Shown: positions 52,011 through 60,397 of the stretch, piece after piece
Layout of the letters: each line of letters begins with the position of its first letter
How positions within the stretch are numbered: the stretch's first letter is position 1
Assembly: GCA_965216625.1 (NCBI GenBank)
Contig: OZ244186.1
Coordinates: 3,594-67,593, forward strand
Origin: Alphaproteobacteria bacterium
GTDB taxonomy: Bacteria; Pseudomonadota; Alphaproteobacteria; JABAAW01
Direction: 5' to 3'
DNA length: 64,000 bases
Program-made: the position numbers and the translations under genes
The notes under the pieces: generated by a model
Database searches by the model: none
The model's input: the letters and a program-made list of their open reading frames with translations, nothing else
Told to the model about the DNA's origin: nothing

Positions 52011-52712
52011 CTAAAACCTTGTAGAGACCTCGACTTCTGCGTGCCTTTCGGAGGAGAGTGGGACTCCTCGGATGATGAGGTAAGAAGCCACAGCGTTAGC
52101 CAAATGCCACAGCCAATGAGTTCCGTGCGTGTGTTGCGCGCACTGCGGGATATCGACACTTTTGAAGAAGAGTGCGAAGATCAACACGATGCCCGCCAAA
52201 AGAAGCGTTCCGCCACTTGAAAACTCGCCGCGCGTCATCAAGACGAACGACAACAGCAAGAGCCAAAAAACGAATCCCGTATGCTCGATGCCGCTGAAGG
52301 CGAAGCCATGGAGGTTGCCGAGAGGGGTGAGCGCAAAACTCGTCGCGAAGATGAAGAGGATGGTGAAGAAGGTTGCCGTTGTCGCCATTTCCAGTCCGCG
52401 CGAGAGAATGGCCCAAGCAGCGAGAATATCGAACAGAAGGATGGGCAACAGGTCGTAGATCAACGACAAGCGTGTGCCGTGCATGTGGAAGGCAAAACTC
52501 ACCACGCCGATGCTCAACGTGCTGAACGCCATGAAGAGACGCAAGCCGTCTCCTTTCGCGCTGCCGAAGCACAGCCGTAGTCCCAACAATCCGGCGCAGA
52601 TGAAGGCGAGTGCGCTAAATGTGTTGAAGGGTTCTTGCCACTGACCGAACGCGACGCGCTCGCAGTACAGACCGAGACTAGCTATTTCGCCGGATCCCAA
52701 AAACTTTAACAT
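52011..52712 (-). CDS. Alkaline-ceramidase / CREST-family 7-TM hydrolase-like membrane protein, paralog 1.
   Basis: YCERVAFGQWQEPFNTFSALAF resembles the eukaryotic alkaline ceramidase N-terminal motif (CEENY...EFWNT.SN). Seven hydrophobic segments. His motifs FHMHG and HWLWH (compare ACER HGWWH). Confidence 0.5.
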   Translation of the reverse strand: MLKFLGSGEIASLGLYCERVAFGQWQEPFNTFSALAFICAGLLGLRLCFGSAKGDGLRLFMAFSTLSIGVVSFAFHMHGTRLSLIYDLLPILLFDILAAWAILSRGLEMATTATFFTILFIFATSFALTPLGNLHGFAFSGIEHTGFVFWLLLLSFVLMTRGEFSSGGTLLLAGIVLIFALFFKSVDIPQCAQHTHGTHWLWHLANAVASYLIIRGVPLSSERHAEVEVSTRF

Positions 52713-52830
52713 CCGAAATAGTACCCCTTAAAAACGATGCTCGACAGAGGGGGTTGTGCGAGGAGCGCAACCCATCCTTTTTTGTTGTCCGTAGATAATA
52801 GTGCAAAGTCGAGTTGCGTGCAAGCGTCTC

Positions 52831-53532
52831 TCAAGGGTTTTTCGAGGGTTGCTTCGGCAGGGAGGCGATCACCAAGAACAGCGCGAGCGCGTTCAGCGTG
52901 TGCCACAGGAAATGCGTTCCCAAGGGCTGCGTTCCGTAGCGCAAGTCGTCGCAGAGGGGCATGTCTAGCGTGCGCATCGTCAGCGAGACGAGCAGCACGA
53001 TGAAGGTCGCAACAATTCCTGCGGCAGAGTTAAGTAGGTCGGGGTTGCCGATGGTCTTTGCGTGGCGGCGTATCAGCAAGGCGATGACGAGCAGTGCTAA
53101 TACCGCCGGGATGTAGTGCACGCCATCGGGCAAGACCATCCCCACGAGAGGCAAGTAGGCAAGGAGGGCTACAACGCTTACTAGGGCTACAACGCCTAGC
53201 AGTGCTTGTAGACGCGAAAACCCCACTCCTCGGACGAGCAGCGCAAAGGTTGCGGTTGCCAGGAAGACGAGGATCATCAGCGTGTCGAGGGTTTCAAACA
53301 ACGCCTTGCCGCTGGCGTGAAAAATCCAAGAGGCAATTCCTACAGCGAAGAGTTCGATGCATAGCAACAGGTGTATTTTGTCTACAAAATAGCTCGGAGC
53401 GTGGTCGCGGCGACGGCAGTACCATAGTGCTGCCAGTGCGGCGAGCAGAAAGAACAGGTTGCTCCAAGTGTTCAGAGGCTCTTGCCACCAGCCGACGGCT
53501 GTCCGTTCGCAATAGGCGCTTGTTGAGAACAT
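52831..53532 (-). CDS. Alkaline-ceramidase / CREST-family 7-TM membrane protein, paralog 2.
   Basis: YCERTAVGWWQEPLNTWSNLFF, IFHASGK and HFLWHTLNA. The start was verified at MFSTSAY (53532). It is in tandem with paralog 1. Confidence 0.5.
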   Translation of the reverse strand: MFSTSAYCERTAVGWWQEPLNTWSNLFFLLAALAALWYCRRRDHAPSYFVDKIHLLLCIELFAVGIASWIFHASGKALFETLDTLMILVFLATATFALLVRGVGFSRLQALLGVVALVSVVALLAYLPLVGMVLPDGVHYIPAVLALLVIALLIRRHAKTIGNPDLLNSAAGIVATFIVLLVSLTMRTLDMPLCDDLRYGTQPLGTHFLWHTLNALALFLVIASLPKQPSKNP

Positions 53533-54090
53533 GTTTTGTCTAGCTCCTAAGGTGTTGAAGGGCGTTAAGGGCGGAGGAGATTGCTCTACTATAGGGAGAA
53601 CAAAAAGATAGATTATTATACTGAAAATTGGAAGGGTGTGGAGTTTAATTGACAGAAATGCAAACGGATGCAAAACATCGCGTGCGCGTAGCAAATATCA
53701 TGGACGCGCACGGCAATAGCATGGACGCATACGGCAAGCCGTATGCTATTGCCGTGCGCTATGCGCTTGTGCTTTTTAAAGGCACACGCTCGCGCAACAG
53801 ACTTGCTTTGTATGATGACGGACGCAAAACATGCGCACGCCAGCATCATTGACGCGCACGGCAAGCCGTGCGCTATGGCGTGCGCGGGAGCGCGAGGGAG
53901 CAATCCCTCGCAAAAGACCCCGCGTCAGCGGGGCGCGATAGCGCCTTCTACGCGCGTAACCCGAGAAGGGTTACGCGCGTAGCCTCTTATTCCAAAGCGC
54001 GAGGCTTTGCCTCGCGCAAGCATGACTCGCAACATGGTACAGCGATTGTGTTTTCCTCGCCCTAGCGACAAAAAAGAATCGCACGAAATA
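53533..54090. repeat. Palindromic repeat nest (same modular family).
   Basis: Shares gcaaaacatcgcgtgcg..., cttgtgctttttaaaggcacacgctcgcgcaacagacttgctttgtatgatgacggacgcaaaacatgcgcacgc, ccccgcgtcagcgggg and the inverted 55-bp core with the other nests. Confidence 0.8.
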
Positions 54091-54263
54091 TGATGGACGC
54101 GCACGGCAAGCCGTATGCTATTGCCGTGCGCTATGGTGACTATGTGGGCTTGACTTTCGGACGGGGAGTAGGTATTGTTATCAGGAGATTTGTTTTGGGG
54201 GCTTTGGAAAAGAGAGAGGGTCGTCATGTTGGGGATAAATTCCCCCTGGAGGGAACAGAAAGA

Positions 54264-54680
54264 GTGTCGAATGGAGCGGTGAGTTTTGACACGCAACGGG
54301 TTGTCGACCGATTGCGAGAAGGGGGATGGGACGAGGGGCAAGCTCGTGCGCTTTGCGATGTTTTGCGCGAGATTATGCGAGGCGTTGCGACGAAGGTGGA
54401 AATCGCGGCGGTGAAGACGGAGATTCAAGAACTGAAGATATCTACGAAGGCAGACATTCGAAGGTTGGAAGAGAAGATGGATGTACAGTTTCAGGCGTTG
54501 AGGACAGAGACGAAGGCGGAGAATCAGGCGTTGAGGACAGAGTTTCAGGCGATGCAGGAGCAGATGAAGGGGTTGCGGCAGTTGATGGTGATAGGATTTT
54601 CTGTGATGGCGACAATGATGGCAACATTAATGGCGGTAGTGGCTGTGTCGGCGAGTTTGTTATTAGGAGCTGCTCCCTAG
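54264..54680 (+). CDS. DUF1640 / CCDC90-like coiled-coil protein with a C-terminal TM helix (start uncertain).
   Basis: FDTQRVVDRLREGGWDEGQARALCDVLREI resembles the DUF1640/CCDC90 N-terminal motif. Heptad-rich EIQELKISTKADIRRLEEKMDVQFQALRTE... is followed by the C-terminal TM IGFSVMATMMATLMAVVAV. A GTG at 54264 is proposed as start; the ORF-track ATG at 54090 lies inside a repeat. Confidence 0.45.
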   Translation: MSNGAVSFDTQRVVDRLREGGWDEGQARALCDVLREIMRGVATKVEIAAVKTEIQELKISTKADIRRLEEKMDVQFQALRTETKAENQALRTEFQAMQEQMKGLRQLMVIGFSVMATMMATLMAVVAVSASLLLGAAP

Positions 54681-54798
54681 GGCGATTGTGTTTTTACTCG
54701 CTGTTTAGAGTAGCAACAAGGAGAGGAGTACCATGAGAATTAAAGACTCCTCTCCCTGTGCCTTCTGTGATTGTGTTTTCCTCGCCCTAGCGAAGCGA

Positions 54799-54864
54799 GG
54801 GGAATTTATCCCCAAGGGGAATTTATCCCCAAGGGGAATTTATCCCCAAGGGGAGTTCATCCCC
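54799..54864. repeat. 4x tandem 17-bp array of the GGGGAATTTATCCCC hairpin motif, 17-82 nt downstream of the RTX stop.
   Basis: Three perfect units aaggggaatttatcccc plus one degenerate unit ggggagttcatcccc. Each unit is an inverted repeat (GGGGA/TCCCC stem, 5-nt loop). Confidence 0.85.
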
Positions 54865-54880
54865 AAGTTTCGACAAGCCT

Positions 54881-57800
54881 CTACGAGAATTCGCCAGGTT
54901 CTGTATCTACTATCACACCATCTTCTGTTGAATCGAAGGATGTGCGGTAGATCGTGTAGGCATCGTTACTGCCTGAAGTATAATATCTGTCGATAACGAC
55001 AATATTCCTATCTGCGTTTTCTGAATTGACGGTTATTCGCAGGGCGTAGTTCGTGTCTGCTTCCTCCTTAATAAACGCTCCATTCCCGTCCAGATAGCCT
55101 TTGTCGAAGGCAAAGTCATCGTTCGTGTAGGTCGTCCCCGATGGAGCACGGAAGACCAGCTTGTTGCCCACTCCGTCGTTGGCAATTAAGATTGTATCTG
55201 TGCCATCGCCCGCGTTGAACAGATAGGTGTCCGCGCCCGCACCGCCTTCGAGGATGTCGTTGCCCTCGCCGCCCTCAAGTCTGTTGACACCGTCACCGCC
55301 CGTCAGCCAGTCGTTGTGGTCTGAACCTAGGATGTTTTCGATGTTGTTGAGGATGTCGCCCACGGCTTCGTTTTGGTTGGGTGTATCAAAGTCAACTTGA
55401 GCGCTCATTCCTGTGAGTCCAAGATTAACCCTGACCCCCAGAGCAGAGTTGCTATAAGAAGTCCAGTCATCAGTACCGCCTTCACCATTGATCGTGTCTT
55501 CACCCAGTCCGCCTTCGAGGGTGTCGTCACCAGCGCCGCCGAAGAGGGCGTCGTTGCCTGCGCCGCCCTCGAGGGTGTCGTTGCCCGCGTTGCCAAAGAT
55601 GATGTCGGTGGCCTCGCCCGCGCCACCACGCAAGATGTTGGCATTTTCGTTGCCAGCAAAGGTGTTGAATCCACCCGACGGGCCGATCAGGTTGTTGATG
55701 CCTGTAAGAATATCTCCCGCAGCCCAGCCGCCTGAAACAGTGGCAGCATCAGTGACATCATCAATGTCGACAAGATTACCAAGGTCGATGTTGACAGAAT
55801 TAGACGATTCTGCGTAGCTCACCCAGTCATTGTCTCCCGAACCCGCGAAGGGATCGGCATCCGCCGTTGCCATAAAGGGATTTTCCTCGCTACCCTCGCC
55901 ACTCTCGCCAGCCTCGGTCGGTTTATCTGGCACGACAAGCAAGGAAGAGTCGATTGCTGTGTCGACGCCGCCACTGCTCCGCGTGTAGAAGGAGAAGGTA
56001 GACGAAGGATCGCTCGCAAATTTTAGGACATTGAGCGTGTTGTCGTTTCCATTCTTCACCGTGAGCGTTACAGCATCGCCTTGTCCGCGGACGAAGGTGT
56101 AGCTCGCGCCATCATAGGCGTTGCCTGTACCTTGCAAGAAGACGATTGTACCGCCGTCGTCGGTGATCGTATCCGTACCGTCGTTCGCGTTGAACAGATA
56201 GGTGTCGTCACCCTCGCCGCCCTCAAGGATGTCGTTGCCCGCGCCGCCCTCAAGGATGTCGTCTCCCGCGCCGCCGTTGAGGGTGTCCGTATTGCGGCCG
56301 CCGTTGAGGGTGTCGTTGCCCGCGTCGCCGTTGAGGGTGTCGTTGCCCGCGTCGCCGTTGAGGATGTCCGCACCATCGCCTCCGTGGAGGGTATCAGTAT
56401 CTTCGCCGCCTTCGAGGGTGTCGTTGCCCGCGCCGCCGTCGAGAGTGTCGTCGCCCTCGAAGCCTATAAGGCGGTCGTCGCCCGCTCCTCCGACCAGTCT
56501 GTTGACACCGCCACCGCCCGTCAGCCAGTCGTTGAAGTCTGAACCTACGATGTTTGCGATGTTGGTGAGGCGGTCACCCACGGCTTCGTTTTGGTTGGCA
56601 GCAGCCCCATCAAAGTCCACTTGCAGCCCTCCTGTGGCGACAAGGCTAACCCTGACCCCCAGAGCAGAGTTGCTATAAGAAGCCTCGTCCGCACCATCGC
56701 CGCCTTCGAGCCTGTCCGCGCCCTCGCCGCCTTCGAGCGTGTCGTTGCCCTTGCCGCCACGCAAGATGTTGTCCTCATCGTTGCCAGTCAATTCGTCGAT
56801 TCCATCCGAGCCGATCAGGTTGTTGAAGCCCGTAAGAGTATCTCCCGCAGCCCAGCCGCCAGAGGCCGTGGCAGCACCATTGACCAGAGTGCCAAGGTTG
56901 ATGGTGACACCGACATCTGCTGTCGAGTCTGCGTAGCTCACCCAGTCATTGTCTCCCGAACCCGTGAAGCCGTCAGCAGCTGCCGTTGCCATAAAGGGAT
57001 TTCCCTCGCTACCATCGCCACCCTCGATCGGTTTATCTGGCACGACAAGCGAGGCAGCAGGGATTGGTGAGTCGGTGCCATCACTACCACGCGTGACGAA
57101 GCTGAAGATAGACGAAGGATCGCTCGCAAATTCTAGGACATTGAGCGGCGTATTACTGCCAGTGGTAGTCACCGTGAGCGTTACAGCATCGCCGAATCCT
57201 CCGTAGGAGCGCGTGAAGGTGTAGGTTGCGCCCGCATAGTCGTTGCCTGTCCCTTGCAAGAAGACGATTGTACCGCCGTCGTCGGTGATCGTATCCGTAC
57301 CGTCGCCTGAGCCGAACAGATAGGTGTCCGTATCCGCGCCGCCCGCAAGGATGTCGTCGCCCCTGCCGCCACGCAAGATGTTGGCATTGCCGTTGCCAGT
57401 CAATTCGTCTACTCTAGCCGAGCCGATCAGGTTTTCGATGTTTTTGAGGGTGTCGCCCGCAGCATCGCCGCCTACACCCGCTGCAGAGGTGAAGCCACCG
57501 TCAGCAAGAGTGATGGTGACACCTGCACTCGAACCTTCGTAGTTCGCCCAGTCCTCGCCCGCGCCGCCGTCGAGGAAGTCCGCATCCGCGCCGCCCACCA
57601 GGTAGTCGTTGCCCGCACCGCCGTTGAGGGTGTCTGTTCCCGCATCGCCGTAGAGCTCGTCGTTGTCCTCGCCGCCTTCGAGGGTGTCCACGCCATCGCC
57701 GCCGTGGAGCTCGTCGTCGCCCGCGCCGCCTTCGAGGGTGTCCACGCCACCGCCGCCGTAGAGGCGGTCGTCGCCCGCGCCGCCACGCAAGGTGTTGGCA

Positions 57801-59392
57801 CCGCCATTACCCGTCAGCCAGTCGTTGTAGCCTGATCCTAGGATGTTTTCGATGTTGTTGAGGATGTCGCCCACGGCTTCGTTTAGGTTGGGTGTATCAA
57901 AGTCAACTTGAGCGTTCGTTCCTGTGAGTCCAAGATTAACCCTGACCCCCTTGCTAGAGCTAGAATAGGAGGCGGTGTCTATACCGCCACCACCCTCAAG
58001 CGTGTCCGCACCCTCGCCGCCTTCGAGCGTATCATCACCCGCGCCGCCCTCAAGGATGTCGTTACCCGCGCCGCCGCTGAGGGTGTCGGTGTATTCGCCC
58101 GCGCCACCACGCAAGATGTTGGCAAGATTGTTGCCAGTCAAGGTGTCGCCTGCTGAGTCCGATCCGATCAGGTTTTCGATGTTCCTAATCGTATCGCCCA
58201 CAGCATGGCCGCCTGTTGAATCCGTGGTATCGGCACCGTCGTCTTGAAGAGCGATAGTGACACCTGCAGCCGAACCTGCGTAGCTCGCCCAGTCACCAGT
58301 ACCATCGCCGCCGTCGAGGGTGTCGCCGCCATCGCCGCCTTCGAGCGTGTCATCGCCCGCGCCGCCACGCAAGGTGTTGGCACCGCCGTTGCCAGTCAAG
58401 GTGTCGTCTTCACCCGATCCGATCAGGTTTTCGATGTTGTTGAGGGTGTCGCCCACGGCTTCGTTGTTGTTTGCTTCTGCTCCATCAAAGTCAACTTGAG
58501 CGTTCGTTCCTCTGAGTCCAAGATTAACCCTGACCCCCTCGCTAGAGCTCGAATAGGAGGCGGTGTCTTTACCGTCACCACCGTCGAGCGTGTCCGCACC
58601 CAAGCCGCCATCAAGCGTGTCGTCGCCCGCACCGCCGTTGAGGGTGTCCGCACCCTCGCCGCCGTTGAGGGTGTCGCCACCATCGCCGCCGTAGAGCTTG
58701 TCGTTGTCATTGCCGCCGTTGAGGGTGTCTACACCATCATCGCCGACGAGGGTGTCCTCGCCCGCGTCGCCGTTGAGGGTGTCGCCACCCTCGCCGCCGT
58801 AGAGATCGTCGTCGCCCTCGTTGCCGTTGAGGATGTCATCGCCCTCGCCGCCCTCAAGAATGTCGTTGCCCTCGTTGCCGCTGAGGGTGTCGACGACATT
58901 GCCGCCACGCAAGGTGTTGTCAGCAGTGTTGCCTCTCAAGATGTTGACTTGAGTTAAGGAGCCGATCAGGTTGTCGATGTCTATAAGCTTATCTCCCTCA
59001 GCCCAGCCGCCTGAACCCGTGGCAGCGTTATTGCCGTCAAGAACGCTAAGGTCGATGTGGACACCTTCCGCATCCGAGTCTTCGTAGCTCACCCAATCTG
59101 TTACGCTCGAACCCGTGAAGGTTTCTCCTGCTGCCGCCGTTGCCACAAACGCGTTGAGCTCTTTATTCGACGCGGGAGGAGGAGTAGGATCAGGAGTAGG
59201 AGTAGGAGCAGTATTGCCGCTGCCAGCAGCTGTGTCTCCGCCGCCGCAGCCTTCCAGAAACACGCCGAGCGCGCTTGCTGATAGCAAGGCACTTAAGATT
59301 TGGGTTTTCTTGTTGCGTTTTCCCTCGCTCTCTTCGTTCGACGAGGTGGCAAGGGACGATGTGTTAAGCGTTGTGATGTTTTCAAAGCTCAT
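54881..59392 (-). CDS. Giant RTX-family calcium-binding repeat protein (hemolysin-type GGxGxDxUx nonapeptides) with an N-terminal lipoprotein-like signal.
   Basis: 1503 aa. Dozens of GGAGNDTLEGGAGDDTL-type repeats. Three near-identical mega-repeats of about 330 aa (TYLF..GDGTDTITDDGGTIVFLQGTGN...NPFMATAAAD.F.GSGDNDWVSYA). N-terminal KKTQILSALLSASALGVFLEGC. No T1SS genes in the window. Confidence 0.85.
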   Translation of the reverse strand: MSFENITTLNTSSLATSSNEESEGKRNKKTQILSALLSASALGVFLEGCGGGDTAAGSGNTAPTPTPDPTPPPASNKELNAFVATAAAGETFTGSSVTDWVSYEDSDAEGVHIDLSVLDGNNAATGSGGWAEGDKLIDIDNLIGSLTQVNILRGNTADNTLRGGNVVDTLSGNEGNDILEGGEGDDILNGNEGDDDLYGGEGGDTLNGDAGEDTLVGDDGVDTLNGGNDNDKLYGGDGGDTLNGGEGADTLNGGAGDDTLDGGLGADTLDGGDGKDTASYSSSSEGVRVNLGLRGTNAQVDFDGAEANNNEAVGDTLNNIENLIGSGEDDTLTGNGGANTLRGGAGDDTLEGGDGGDTLDGGDGTGDWASYAGSAAGVTIALQDDGADTTDSTGGHAVGDTIRNIENLIGSDSAGDTLTGNNLANILRGGAGEYTDTLSGGAGNDILEGGAGDDTLEGGEGADTLEGGGGIDTASYSSSSKGVRVNLGLTGTNAQVDFDTPNLNEAVGDILNNIENILGSGYNDWLTGNGGANTLRGGAGDDRLYGGGGVDTLEGGAGDDELHGGDGVDTLEGGEDNDELYGDAGTDTLNGGAGNDYLVGGADADFLDGGAGEDWANYEGSSAGVTITLADGGFTSAAGVGGDAAGDTLKNIENLIGSARVDELTGNGNANILRGGRGDDILAGGADTDTYLFGSGDGTDTITDDGGTIVFLQGTGNDYAGATYTFTRSYGGFGDAVTLTVTTTGSNTPLNVLEFASDPSSIFSFVTRGSDGTDSPIPAASLVVPDKPIEGGDGSEGNPFMATAAADGFTGSGDNDWVSYADSTADVGVTINLGTLVNGAATASGGWAAGDTLTGFNNLIGSDGIDELTGNDEDNILRGGKGNDTLEGGEGADRLEGGDGADEASYSNSALGVRVSLVATGGLQVDFDGAAANQNEAVGDRLTNIANIVGSDFNDWLTGGGGVNRLVGGAGDDRLIGFEGDDTLDGGAGNDTLEGGEDTDTLHGGDGADILNGDAGNDTLNGDAGNDTLNGGRNTDTLNGGAGDDILEGGAGNDILEGGEGDDTYLFNANDGTDTITDDGGTIVFLQGTGNAYDGASYTFVRGQGDAVTLTVKNGNDNTLNVLKFASDPSSTFSFYTRSSGGVDTAIDSSLLVVPDKPTEAGESGEGSEENPFMATADADPFAGSGDNDWVSYAESSNSVNIDLGNLVDIDDVTDAATVSGGWAAGDILTGINNLIGPSGGFNTFAGNENANILRGGAGEATDIIFGNAGNDTLEGGAGNDALFGGAGDDTLEGGLGEDTINGEGGTDDWTSYSNSALGVRVNLGLTGMSAQVDFDTPNQNEAVGDILNNIENILGSDHNDWLTGGDGVNRLEGGEGNDILEGGAGADTYLFNAGDGTDTILIANDGVGNKLVFRAPSGTTYTNDDFAFDKGYLDGNGAFIKEEADTNYALRITVNSENADRNIVVIDRYYTSGSNDAYTIYRTSFDSTEDGVIVDTEPGEFS

Positions 59393-60072
59393 GATCTCTC
59401 TTCCTATAGTGTGTGTTTAACGAAAAGTGCTTACCCTCTGTGCACTCGCGCACGATACCTATCTTACAAGCGCAAGTCAAGAGGAAAACTAGTTGGGGGG
59501 TGTGGGGGGTGTGAGAAGTTGTAACGGCATACGCTCGTGCAACAGACGGGCTTTGTATGATGACGGGCGCAAAACATCGCGTGCGTAGCACGCGGGGGGG
59601 GAATTTATCCCCTCGCGCTCGCGCAACAAACTTGCTTTGTATAATGAAGGAAAAACGCAAGACGAGCGAGCCGTAGGCGAAGTGAGTTTTGCGCATGGGG
59701 GGTGTGGGGGGACGAAGTTCCCCCGCAAAAGACCCCGCGTCAGCGGAGCGCGCGTAAGCGCGCTTTATCTACGCGCGTAGCGCGTAGCCTCTTGTACCAA
59801 AGCGCGTTTCGCAGAAACGCGCAAGCTGACTCGCGTCACAAAAGCAGCTTACTAGGTTGCGAGTCAGCTTGCGCGAGGCAAAGCCTCGCGCTTTTGAATA
59901 AGAGGCTACGCACTAGCAAGCCTTCGGCTTGCTAGTGCGTAGAAGGCGCTTACGCGCCCCGCTGACGCGGGGTCTTTTGCGAGGGATTACTCCCTCGCGC
60001 TCCCCGCGTGCTACGCACGCGATGTTTTGCGCCCGTAAAGACTAATCGCTACCCCCAACGCAGAACGCAATG
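59393..60072. repeat. Palindromic repeat nest (same modular family). It contains the RTX promoter region.
   Basis: GGGGGGTGTGGGGGG, gggggggaatttatcccc, ccccgcgtcagcgg and gcgcgaggcaaagcctcgcgcttttgaataagaggc. The 3-prime 110 bp is identical to the module at 44395-44500. Confidence 0.8.
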
Positions 60073-60378
60073 TCAACCCTTGCAAATACGATGGACAATC
60101 ACAATCGCTCCCGCCGTTGGAGCGACCGCAAGGTTGGCCTCCTCCTCGCTCTGCCCCAACAACTCATGCCCCTGCTCCGCGCAGAAGTGCCGAAAGTCCA
60201 CGAGCGAACCCACATCATCCGAAAGAACACGCAGAATACTCCCCGAAGAAAGGCCCCGCAACCTCTTGCGAGCCTTCAAAACAGGCAAAGGACAGATAAG
60301 ACCGCGCGTATCTAACGTCTCTTCTGTCATCTCTTCAGTCGTTTTTTGAGTCGTCTCTTCCATCGTTTCTTCCATCAT
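60073..60378 (-). CDS. TusA-like sulfurtransferase with an N-terminal MEET acidic repeat.
   Basis: LDTRGLICPLPVLKARKRLRGLSSGSILRVLSDDVGSLVDFRHFCAEQGHELL carries the TusA CPxP signature. N-terminus MMEETMEETTQKTTEEMTEET. The start is chosen at M56 of the track ORF. Confidence 0.55.
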   Translation of the reverse strand: MMEETMEETTQKTTEEMTEETLDTRGLICPLPVLKARKRLRGLSSGSILRVLSDDVGSLVDFRHFCAEQGHELLGQSEEEANLAVAPTAGAIVIVHRICKG

Positions 60379-60397
60379 TCTCTCCACCACCCCCCCC

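Noticed and set aside
54799-54864. The 4x hairpin array as a classical rho-independent terminator of the RTX gene.
   Set aside because: Each unit has only a 5-bp stem, and no U-rich tract follows. The same motif occurs at promoters. It is kept as a finding, but it is not called a terminator.
54881-59392. Type I secretion system (ABC, MFP and TolC) partners for the RTX protein.
   Set aside because: No candidate genes are on either side within the window. Flanking ORFs are ceramidase-like, DUF1640 and tusA-like. A T1SS may be elsewhere in the genome.
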